IMG/VR virus record: IMGVR_UViG_3300022930_000218
Coordinates: 1-34,116 of that record
Length of the DNA: 34,116 bases
Strand: one strand, 5' to 3'
Source of the DNA: a virus
Taxonomy: Duplodnaviria; Caudoviricetes
Shown: positions 9,008-16,824 of the stretch, piece by piece
Layout of the letters: the number at the start of each line of letters is the position of its first letter
How positions within the stretch are numbered: the stretch's first letter is position 1
Position numbers and translations under genes: made by a program
The notes under the pieces: model-generated
The model's database searches: none
What the model was told of the DNA's origin: nothing
Seen by the model: the letters and a program-made list of their open reading frames with translations, nothing else

Positions 9008-9634
9008 TCATGCGTTCTCCGCATCAGCCAATAGCTTCGTTAGGAAGGGGAATTCAATACAGCAAACCCGGTCAATTTGCTCGCGCACATGCTGATGAGT
9101 CTCGCTGTTATGGGTTGCGATTGTGAGGTAGTAGTTCTGGCCTTCGTGTTTGGCGAAGACGATCCACTCGCCACTCAACGCCTGCTGCTCGGCGAGCCGA
9201 CGTCGGTTTCCGATAACGATGTCATCGACTAAAGCGGGTATGTCCTCAGGATCGAAGTAGCGAGTCTCACCAGCGTTTGCTGCTTCTCGGATTTTTTGGT
9301 CAAAAAAAGGCATACCGAATAGCTTAAGGCCCTTATCGACGTTCATTGCCATCGACGCTAGCCCGTCTTGCAAGTAGTGCTTGTGCCAAAGACCTTTAAG
9401 GGGTTGGCGGCGATTTTGTATGGGTGCCTTGAATTGACCACGCTCGCCCATCTCGAGGAGTTCAATTTCTCGAACGATCGAGGCGGGATTTTGCCTATCC
9501 GAGAAAGCGCCTCCGAGAAGATTTGCAACGAGTAGCGCGCTATAGCGTCCAGGGGCCGCTCGCTTGAGGCCGATACTCTCGATAAACGCAGGTATGTCAA
9601 TTTTGAGGTTTTCTTGTTCGTCGATTGGGGACAT
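9008..9634 (-). CDS. Hypothetical protein with split YafQ/RelE-like motifs (208 aa)
   Basis: CAAGGA RBS before ATG 9634; PLKGLWHKHY and GEWIVFAKHEGQNYYLTIATH motifs. Confidence 0.7.
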   Translation of the reverse strand: MSPIDEQENLKIDIPAFIESIGLKRAAPGRYSALLVANLLGGAFSDRQNPASIVREIELLEMGERGQFKAPIQNRRQPLKGLWHKHYLQDGLASMAMNVDKGLKLFGMPFFDQKIREAANAGETRYFDPEDIPALVDDIVIGNRRRLAEQQALSGEWIVFAKHEGQNYYLTIATHNSETHQHVREQIDRVCCIEFPFLTKLLADAENA

Positions 9635-9719
9635 TTCGCATCCTTGCGTATGTGTGAAAAAGCCCGGTAGGCCAGGCTTCAAATTGACATGACTCTTTCT
9701 CGATTGTGAAAAGGGCCCA

Positions 9720-9781
9720 CGCACTACGTCAAGCGAAAGCCCTGTTACTGGCATTCCGTTCACGCTGGATGCCTGGCCAGG
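9720..9781. repeat. Divergent-promoter repeat, copy B, with CTG-N10-CAG box at 9765-9780
   Basis: Imperfect direct repeat of 7555-7617; also lies between divergent genes. Confidence 0.8.
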
Positions 9782-9820
9782 TTCGCAGTACAGTCGGTGT
9801 TTTCTTATTGAGTAGTCATC

Positions 9821-10315
9821 ATGGTCAATGCCGTTTCTGTTCGACTTTCCGAAAGTGAGTTTGCTGCCATACCTGTCGAAAGGGGAATGCCACTACATGC
9901 GAGTTTGAACGAGCATGGGGGTTGGCTTGGTGTGGACTATCTGATTCTCTGCTCTGAGCACGTCCCTACCTGGGTAGCCAAGGTAAAGGAAATTGTCATT
10001 CCCCGAACAGAGGGTGGTCCGTTGACAGTGCGATTCTCTGAAGTTCGTAGCGTTTTTGGCAAGGGCGCCACGTCGGAGTATCAGGAAGCATTCGGAAAGT
10101 ACAGGAATAATGGATGGGGCGCCTTCCTCAGCACATTTGAAAATGAGCTTTTCTTCACCATCGGAGATCCAGTTGCGTTTAAGGTTCGGCCCGATTTCTT
10201 TGGCTCACTAAGTATGGAAAACGCTATCGATGCTCTCGCAGAAACATATGGTGTCAGCACCGAACAAGTGGAGATCTCCATCAGATCCAAGCCTCGCGCC
10301 GCTGCTGTCTTCTAA
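9821..10315 (+). CDS. Hypothetical moron protein (164 aa)
   Basis: Long ORF, lower GC, TACAGT -10-like hexamer upstream; C-terminal LSMENAIDALAETYGVSTEQVEISIR. Confidence 0.7.
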   Translation: MVNAVSVRLSESEFAAIPVERGMPLHASLNEHGGWLGVDYLILCSEHVPTWVAKVKEIVIPRTEGGPLTVRFSEVRSVFGKGATSEYQEAFGKYRNNGWGAFLSTFENELFFTIGDPVAFKVRPDFFGSLSMENAIDALAETYGVSTEQVEISIRSKPRAAAVF

Positions 10316-10331
10316 AGCGGGGCGGTGGACG

Positions 10332-10412
10332 TAGCTCAGCCCCGCGCGAGGCTTTTTGCATCTCCCCCTGAGTGCTACAGTCCCGCCAAACCAAAGAGGG
10401 AACGACATGCGA
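10332..10412 (+). repeat. Terminator-promoter-RBS-ATG module, copy 1 (decayed hairpin, abortive 12-codon ORF)
   Basis: Shares ggctttttgcat...agtgctacagtcccgccaaa...aagagggaacgacatgcga with 10832-10913. Confidence 0.9.
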
Positions 10413-10441
10413 CTTGGATTGAGCTGTCAGGGAGAAAGTGA

Positions 10442-10753
10442 TTGAAGGTAATCCGGAGTAAAGAGTTCATCGCTGCTCGCGCATGGGGTGCCATGGACAT
10501 TGCAAACATGGACGGCACGACGGTGCGTCTTCATTGGACGGATCAGCCCTACAAGTGGCATGTGAACGATGGAGAGGAAGTATTTGCGGTCCTAGACGGG
10601 ATCGTTGAAATGCATTATCGCGAGCTGGGTGTTGAGCACATTGCTGTGCTGTCGGCGGGGGATGTTTTTTTTGCGGGGGTCGGTTGTGAACACGTTGCCC
10701 ACCCTCTTGGTGAAGCTCGAATACTCGTAATTGAGCGCGAGGGGAGCGTTTGA
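10442..10753 (+). CDS. Cupin-domain protein
   Basis: WHVNDGEEVFAVLDG and GDVFFAGVGCEH cupin motifs; GGGAG RBS with TTG start. Confidence 0.88.
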   Translation: MKVIRSKEFIAARAWGAMDIANMDGTTVRLHWTDQPYKWHVNDGEEVFAVLDGIVEMHYRELGVEHIAVLSAGDVFFAGVGCEHVAHPLGEARILVIEREGSV

Positions 10754-10831
10754 TCGAGAGCGGTCTGATTTGTAAGGACAGTCCACTTTTCATAGTGAGA
10801 GAGTGTTCTTTGACGATAGCTGACTATGAAA

Positions 10832-10913
10832 TAGCCCAGCCACGAGCTGGGCTTTTTGCATTTGGTCCTCCAGTGCTACAGTCCCGCCAAATTGAAGAGG
10901 GAACGACATGCGA
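10832..10913 (+). repeat. Terminator-promoter-RBS-ATG module, copy 2 (intact, drives the lipoprotein gene)
   Basis: AGCCCAGC-CACGA-GCTGGGCTTTTT hairpin, TGcTACAGT extended -10, GAGGG RBS, ATG 10908. Confidence 0.9.
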
Positions 10914-11258
10914 ATTTTGATAGCGGCGGCAGCGGTGGTGATGCTGGCGGGGTGCATGGCGCCGACGATGAACGAGGCTCGCCAAGAAGGACCGTACAAG
11001 GTACTGACCTCGCAAAAAGCCGACGCTGTGCTGGCTAAATGCGTCCAGTACGAATGGCAGAACCAGCCAATCTTCGGCGGCACGCCTGGAGCAACGCTTC
11101 AGCCAGGGCGCGACACCGGATACACGGTGTTCACTGAGGGCTCCCAGTACTTCGTTGATATTCAGCCCAAGGGGTCAGGCTCTGAGGCAAAGTATTACGT
11201 GGTGGTTGGTAACTGGATCGCCAATAAAAGGCTTACCGCGTTGCAGGGCTGCCTGTAG
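10908..11258 (+). CDS. Phage moron lipoprotein
   Basis: Signal peptide with LAGC lipobox; two further Cys residues (possible disulfide). Confidence 0.85.
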   Translation: MRILIAAAAVVMLAGCMAPTMNEARQEGPYKVLTSQKADAVLAKCVQYEWQNQPIFGGTPGATLQPGRDTGYTVFTEGSQYFVDIQPKGSGSEAKYYVVVGNWIANKRLTALQGCL

Positions 11259-11276
11259 CGATACGTCAAATTATTC

Positions 11277-11319
11277 AAGGCTCGCTTCGGCGGGCTTTTT
11301 TATTGCCTGGAGAAAAGCA
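11277..11319 (+). terminator. Terminator fused to the GCCTGGAGAAAAG RBS module (copy 1 of 4)
   Basis: AGGCTCGC-TTCG-GCGGGCTT TTTT ATTGCCTGGAGAAAAGCA. Confidence 0.75.
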
Positions 11320-11320
11320 A

Positions 11321-11932
11321 ATGGCGGCACTTGCCATCAATTATCAGCCCATGACCACAATCCTGCTCTACGGCCAGCTTCGGCAGTTTGGGCGGTCCTT
11401 CCGGATGGCCGTGAGGACTCCGGCTGAGGCAATCAAGGCTCTGTGCGTGCAAATACCAGGGTTTGAGCGCTTCCTGTCCAATGCAAAATCCAGGGGGATC
11501 GAGTTCGCCGTATTCCGTGGTGCAACGAACCTGGCGGAAAAGGAACTGGGGTTTGTCGGCGAGGGGGATATCCGCATTGCCCCCGTCATCACCGGAAGCA
11601 AGCGGGGCGGTGCGCTCCAAACGATTATCGGGGCTGTGCTGATCGTTGTCGGTCTCGTGATTACCGGCGGTACCTTTGGCGCGGGTGCGCCATTCGGCTC
11701 GGCTCTGATAATGATGGGCGGGTCGATGGTGGCGGGCGGTGTAATCCAGATGCTCAGCCCCCAAGCTGGCGGCCTCAAGACCAGCGCCGCGCCTGAAAAC
11801 ACACCTGGCTACGCCTTCGGTAGCGCCAAGAACACCACGGCATCTGGCAACCCGGTTCCGCTGTGCATCGGAGAGCGGCGGTGGGGTGGCGCGATTATCA
11901 GCGCGGAGATATACGCCGAAGACCAGATGTAG
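11321..11932 (+). CDS. Tail assembly protein, lambda gpI-like
   Basis: LYGQL..FG...AEAIKALC...IRIAPVITGSK.GG...Y.FG...NT...GNPVPL..G. Confidence 0.93.
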   Translation: MAALAINYQPMTTILLYGQLRQFGRSFRMAVRTPAEAIKALCVQIPGFERFLSNAKSRGIEFAVFRGATNLAEKELGFVGEGDIRIAPVITGSKRGGALQTIIGAVLIVVGLVITGGTFGAGAPFGSALIMMGGSMVAGGVIQMLSPQAGGLKTSAAPENTPGYAFGSAKNTTASGNPVPLCIGERRWGGAIISAEIYAEDQM

Positions 11933-11952
11933 CCATTACCCGCAGCAACGCA

Positions 11953-11991
11953 GCCGCCCATGAGGCGGTTTTTTATTGCCTGGAGAAAAGC
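11953..11991 (+). terminator. Terminator plus GCCTGGAGAAAAG RBS module (copy 2 of 4)
   Basis: GCCGCC-CATGA-GGCGGT TTTTT ATTGCCTGGAGAAAAGC. Confidence 0.75.
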
Positions 11992-14900
11992 ATGGGCGCA
12001 GCACGCAAGGTTGAAATCTACGGCGCCAAGGGCGGATCGGATAAACCAAAAACACCAATCGAGGCACCGGATAGCCTGCGCTCTGTGGCCATGGCCAAGA
12101 TGCTTATCGCCGTGGGCGAGGGCGAGTTCGAAGGTACGCCAACTGCACGCGATATTTACCTCGACAACACTCCTCTGCAAGATCCTCAGGGCAACATGAA
12201 TTTCCCGAATGTGAAGTGGGAGTGGCGCACCGGGGCAGTAGACCAGACGTATATCCAGGGCATCCCGACGGTCGCGAACGAAACCACGATCGGCAATGAA
12301 TTGCGCAGCGGCACTCCATGGGTTCGTGCCATCAACAACACCCAGCTTTCCGCTGTGCGTGTGCGCTTCGCCTGGCCAGCGCTTCAGTCTGTGGATGCAA
12401 GCAATAATATCAACGGGTATCGGATTGAGTACAAGGTGGAGGTGGCCACTGACGGTGGTGCCTACCAGCAAGTGCTGAGCGAAGCTGTCGACGGCAAGAC
12501 CACCAGCGTGTATGAGCGCACTCGTCGTATTGATTTGCCGAAGGCTACTACTGGGTGGCTGATGCGTATCACCCGTCTCACCATCAACCAGAACAACAAC
12601 AAAATCTCCGACACGATGCAGATCGCCGGCTTCACTGAAGTGATCGACGCGAAGATTCGTTATCCCAACACAGCGCTGCTGTACATCGAATTTTCGGCGG
12701 AGCAATTCCGCAGCATCCCGTCCGTGACGGTGTTCTGCAAGTCGCGCAAATGGCAGGTGCCAAGCAACTACGACCCGGCATCTCGTACCTACACAGGAGT
12801 TTGGGACGGGACGTTCAAAGAGGCGTACACCAACAATCCTGTGTGGGCCACCTATGGCATCACCACGGTAGATCGGTTCGGCCTTGGCCGCCGCATCAAG
12901 GCGTGGATGGTGGATAAGTGGGAGCTCTACAGGATTTCGCAGTACTGCGACCAGTTGGTACCGGACGGAAAGGGTGGCATGGAGCCACGCTTCATCTGCA
13001 ACCTGAACCTGCAAAGCAAGTCGGATGCCTGGTCGCTGCTACGCGACATATCGGCGATTTACCGGGGCATGACCTACTGGGCCCAGGGCCAGGTGTTCAC
13101 CCTGGCGGATATGCCGCGTGCAACCGACTTCGACTTCGCCTACACCCGGGCAAATGTCATCGATGGCAAGTTCACCTATTCAAGTGCATCGGAGCGCACT
13201 CGGTATAGCCGTGCCTTGGTCAGCTACGACAATCGGCTGAATAATTACGACACTGATGTAACGCCGACAACCGATCCGAAGCTCCAGCGCCGTTACGGTG
13301 ACAACCCGCTAGAGATCAGTGCTATCGGCTGTGACCGTGAGTCTGAGGCTCAGCGCCGCGGCAAGTGGGCGTTGCTCACTAACTCCAAGGACCGGGCGGT
13401 GACTTTCAAGGTTGGCTTGGACGGGCGTATCCCGCTGCCTGGCTACGTCATCCCAATCGCGGACGAACTGCTCGCCGGCCGACCTGTGGGCGGGCGCATT
13501 TCGGCGGTGAGCGGCAAGGTCATCACCCTGGACCGCGACACCCAGGCCAAGCCCGGCGACCGGCTCATCCTCAACCTGCCCGATGGCAAGTGTGAGGGGC
13601 GGACCGTGCAACTGGTGAGTGGCCGGAAAGTCACGGTCACCACGGCGTACTCCGTGGCGCCGGAGCGGGAACTGGTGTGGGCGCTCGATGCTGACGACTT
13701 GGCCATCCCGCTGTACCGCGTCACCAGCGTTTCCCGGCCAGAGCCTGGCGTATTTGAAATCTCGGCCGTCCAGTACGACTCGAGCAAGTTCGCGCACATC
13801 GACACCGGCGCACGCCTGGAAGAACGCCCAATCAGCGTTGTCCCTGTCACCGTCGTTCCGGCGCCGGCGAGCGTCACGCTGACATCGAGCTACGCGGTGA
13901 ACCAGGGCATAGCCATCAGCACCATGAACATCTCGTGGCCTGCCGTTAAAGGCGCTATCGCCTATGACGTGGAGTGGCGCAAGGACAGTGGCAACTGGAT
14001 CAAGCTGCAGCGCACTGGCTCGACCAGCGTCGACGTCACCGGCATCTACTCGGGCGCATATTTGGCCCGCGTACGATCGGTGAGCGCCTTCGAAATCTCG
14101 TCGATCTGGAAAAGCTCCAACCTGACCAACCTTCAAGGCAAAGTCGGCCTCCCGCCGGCGGTGTCGTTCCTGACCACCACCAGCCTGGTCTATGGCATCG
14201 GCATTCAATGGGGATTCCCACCAGGTGCGGAAGACACCCAGCGCACTGAGCTGTGGTACAGCCAGTCGGCGGTCCTGGCGAACGCTACAAAGCTGAGCGA
14301 CTTCAGCTACCCGCAGGCAAAGCACGAGATGCAGAACATCCTGGCGGGCGCGGGTTTCTTCTTCTGGGCGCGCCTGGTGGATCGCACCGGCAACGTCGGG
14401 CCGTTCTGGCCGATCCCTGGCGCAGTGAATGGCCGGGCCAGCTCGGACCAGACCGAGTACGACAAGTACTTCGCCGATAAAATCGGCAAGGGCGCTCTGT
14501 ACCAGAGCCTGCGTGAAGAGATCGATCTGATTTCCGGCAGTGGGCCGGGCTCGGTCAATGACCGCCTGGACAAGGCCAAGCAGGAACTGGAAGACCTGAT
14601 ATCCGAGATCACCGACGCGCTGGAATATGTCTCATCCAAGGCTTACGCCAAGGGCGACATGGTGCGCGTGGGGCAGAAGTTGTTCCAGGCGACCAAGGCG
14701 GTACCGGTCAACACAACCCCGCCGAACGCCAATTTCTGGTTCGACATGGGCACCATTGCCGAGACCAACGCGGCGATGGCCTTGGAGATCAGCAAGAACA
14801 AGACCGCTATCGAAGAGGTCGACGGCAAGGTCACAGCCACTGCTGAGCGGCTGGAGGGTGTCTACGCGCTGGTGAAGTCTGACTCTGCGGGCTCGGAGGA

Positions 14901-15780
14901 GGGCAGTGCTGGCGACAACACTTCATCCGCCGGCGCCTGGTCGCTGATGGCAGCCATTGCTGAACGAGATTTTGCCCAGTCGCAGCGGACCGACATCGTT
15001 GAGGCCAATGTCGCGGAGAACACGGCCAGCATCACGACCGTTCAAACCGCCATCGTATCGGACAGGCTGGCAGTTGCCGAGGAGGTCAAGACGATCAAGG
15101 CCAGTGTCGGTGAAAACGCTGCCAGCATCGTCACAGTCCAAAAAGTTATGGCTTCTGACAAGGAGGCAACTGCCGAAGAAATCAAGACGATCAAGGCCAA
15201 CGTTGGGGATAATGCGGCCACCATCGTGACCGTTCAGAAAGCTATGGCCACCGACAAGGAGGCCGTGGCCGAGGAAATCAAGACGATCAAGGCCGATGTC
15301 GGGGATAACTCGGCGGCGGTGCAGACCGTCAGCAAGGCCCAGGTTGCTCTCGATGGCAAGGTCTCGGCGCAGACCACCATCAAGGTGGAAACCACCAACA
15401 ACGGCAAGAAGGTCATGGCTGGCCTGGCGATCGGTTCCGATGGGGAAACAGGCGAGGTGCTGATCTTTGCTCAGCGCTTTGCCGTGGTCGACGAGGTCAG
15501 CGGTCAGTTGATCCCAATGTTCGTGGTCCAGGGCAACCAGGTGTTTCTCAACCAGGCAATCATCAACACAGCGTTTATTCAGCAAATCATCCTGGGTATG
15601 ACGCTGCGGTCGGAGGCTGTGGATTCGAAGGGCCGACCACTATTGGAAATCAATGTGAAGTCCGGGACGTTCACGCTTCGAAGTGCTGGCACTGGTGGTT
15701 CATCGCTCCTCAACAACGATGGTCTTACCGTATTTGATGCTAATGACGTTGATCGGGTTTCGGTCGGGAGGTTTTCCTAA
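11992..15780 (+). CDS. Tail tip / host specificity protein, lambda gpJ-like
   Basis: GAKGG...EAPDSL.S start, YPNTAL, YTNNPVW, YCDQLVPDGKGG.EPRF motifs; FN3-like region, coiled-coil repeats, DUF1983-like end. Confidence 0.95.
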   Translation: MGAARKVEIYGAKGGSDKPKTPIEAPDSLRSVAMAKMLIAVGEGEFEGTPTARDIYLDNTPLQDPQGNMNFPNVKWEWRTGAVDQTYIQGIPTVANETTIGNELRSGTPWVRAINNTQLSAVRVRFAWPALQSVDASNNINGYRIEYKVEVATDGGAYQQVLSEAVDGKTTSVYERTRRIDLPKATTGWLMRITRLTINQNNNKISDTMQIAGFTEVIDAKIRYPNTALLYIEFSAEQFRSIPSVTVFCKSRKWQVPSNYDPASRTYTGVWDGTFKEAYTNNPVWATYGITTVDRFGLGRRIKAWMVDKWELYRISQYCDQLVPDGKGGMEPRFICNLNLQSKSDAWSLLRDISAIYRGMTYWAQGQVFTLADMPRATDFDFAYTRANVIDGKFTYSSASERTRYSRALVSYDNRLNNYDTDVTPTTDPKLQRRYGDNPLEISAIGCDRESEAQRRGKWALLTNSKDRAVTFKVGLDGRIPLPGYVIPIADELLAGRPVGGRISAVSGKVITLDRDTQAKPGDRLILNLPDGKCEGRTVQLVSGRKVTVTTAYSVAPERELVWALDADDLAIPLYRVTSVSRPEPGVFEISAVQYDSSKFAHIDTGARLEERPISVVPVTVVPAPASVTLTSSYAVNQGIAISTMNISWPAVKGAIAYDVEWRKDSGNWIKLQRTGSTSVDVTGIYSGAYLARVRSVSAFEISSIWKSSNLTNLQGKVGLPPAVSFLTTTSLVYGIGIQWGFPPGAEDTQRTELWYSQSAVLANATKLSDFSYPQAKHEMQNILAGAGFFFWARLVDRTGNVGPFWPIPGAVNGRASSDQTEYDKYFADKIGKGALYQSLREEIDLISGSGPGSVNDRLDKAKQELEDLISEITDALEYVSSKAYAKGDMVRVGQKLFQATKAVPVNTTPPNANFWFDMGTIAETNAAMALEISKNKTAIEEVDGKVTATAERLEGVYALVKSDSAGSEEGSAGDNTSSAGAWSLMAAIAERDFAQSQRTDIVEANVAENTASITTVQTAIVSDRLAVAEEVKTIKASVGENAASIVTVQKVMASDKEATAEEIKTIKANVGDNAATIVTVQKAMATDKEAVAEEIKTIKADVGDNSAAVQTVSKAQVALDGKVSAQTTIKVETTNNGKKVMAGLAIGSDGETGEVLIFAQRFAVVDEVSGQLIPMFVVQGNQVFLNQAIINTAFIQQIILGMTLRSEAVDSKGRPLLEINVKSGTFTLRSAGTGGSSLLNNDGLTVFDANDVDRVSVGRFS
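15007..15330 (+). repeat. 96-bp (32-aa) tandem repeat, ~3.3 copies, in the J coiled-coil region
   Basis: aagacgatcaaggcc recurs at 15088, 15184 and 15280; unit VGENAASIVTVQKVMASDKEATAEEIKTIKAN. Confidence 0.9.
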
Positions 15781-16121
15781 TGCCTTATGGAATGCGCACA
15801 AAGGGGGCCGGAGGCAATATAGAGTTAGATGAGAACTCATTTACTGTCAGGATTATATATTCCGGTCTAGTCACCCGATCCGCGGGCGGTGGTCGATATG
15901 CCTATATCGCAATACCTGAGGTTTCTCCCTCTACTCACTCCGCAGTGTGTATTCCTATTGGGGCATACCCGCAGGACCAAAATGCACAAAACGCGTATGC
16001 AGTTCAATATGAACCTGAAGTAGTAGCGGGCGGCGTAAATGTTTGGTTTGGGAATAGGCTTCATCCCCAGGGCGCCACCGGACTTGCAACTCAAAGGTTG
16101 CTGGTGATGAGGTACAGATAA
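15780..16121 (+). CDS. Small tail-tip associated protein
   Basis: MPYGMR start overlapping the J stop (TAATG); low GC. Confidence 0.75.
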   Translation: MPYGMRTKGAGGNIELDENSFTVRIIYSGLVTRSAGGGRYAYIAIPEVSPSTHSAVCIPIGAYPQDQNAQNAYAVQYEPEVVAGGVNVWFGNRLHPQGATGLATQRLLVMRYR

Positions 16122-16757
16122 ATGACCTATGGGTTACGGTTTAAAAACAACTCCGACGTGGTCACCTTGGACTCTGAGTTTTCGAGGTTGGTTGTTTTGC
16201 AGTCTGGGCGCTATTCGGGTGGAGTTGCTTTTTCCCCAGTAATTACATCGGAGGAGCCACCGCTTGTGTTTGTCAGGCCGGACGCGTCTGTAACTTTTCA
16301 GTATGTGACCATCAGCGGTAGCCCCGGTAATTGGACGGGCTTCTCTTACCTTGGGGGTGGGGCCGGTAACTTTTTTTGCGCTGCCTTCTTGTCAAGAGAG
16401 ACGGCAAGCTACGGGCTTAGATTGAGGGATGGCACAAGGAAACTGTTATTCGATAGCGGAACCCCTTGCGCGCAATTCACAAGGGCCATAACAAGCTGGT
16501 CCTATCTCGGCTCTGAGCAAACGGGTCAAGTGGGAGTGTATAAGACAAGTTGGACAGCATATTCTCCGCTAAATACTGGTGACTATATGTTGATAAATAA
16601 TATCGCTATGGATGTAGCGGGCACTTCAACAAGGTATGCAAAATTTTATTGCACGTGGGACTACTCCGCAAACAGAGTAGTGCCGTTCATTACGGGGGTG
16701 AATAATTCGACTTCTGGTTTTTTTGTCCCTATTGTTTTTGCGAAGCCCATATCTTAG
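16122..16757 (+). CDS. Tail-tip associated protein (internally duplicated YGLR...DS domain)
   Basis: MTYGLRFKN...LDS and SYGLRLRDG...LFDS repeats; translationally coupled to the upstream gene. Confidence 0.78.
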   Translation: MTYGLRFKNNSDVVTLDSEFSRLVVLQSGRYSGGVAFSPVITSEEPPLVFVRPDASVTFQYVTISGSPGNWTGFSYLGGGAGNFFCAAFLSRETASYGLRLRDGTRKLLFDSGTPCAQFTRAITSWSYLGSEQTGQVGVYKTSWTAYSPLNTGDYMLINNIAMDVAGTSTRYAKFYCTWDYSANRVVPFITGVNNSTSGFFVPIVFAKPIS

Positions 16758-16786
16758 TTGATGACAGTTTAATAAATATTAGATAG

Positions 16787-16821
16787 CCGCCTTGAGCGGT
16801 TTTTTTTCGCCTGGAGAAAAG
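16787..16821 (+). repeat. 35-bp perfect direct repeat (terminator + RBS), left flank of the fibre module
   Basis: ccgccttgagcggttttttttcgcctggagaaaag, identical to 18783-18817. Confidence 0.95.
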
Positions 16822-16824
16822 ACC

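Noticed and set aside
7024-11320. CRISPR array or true integron
   Set aside because: Repeats are few, irregular and terminator/promoter-like; there are no cas genes, attC structure or IntI
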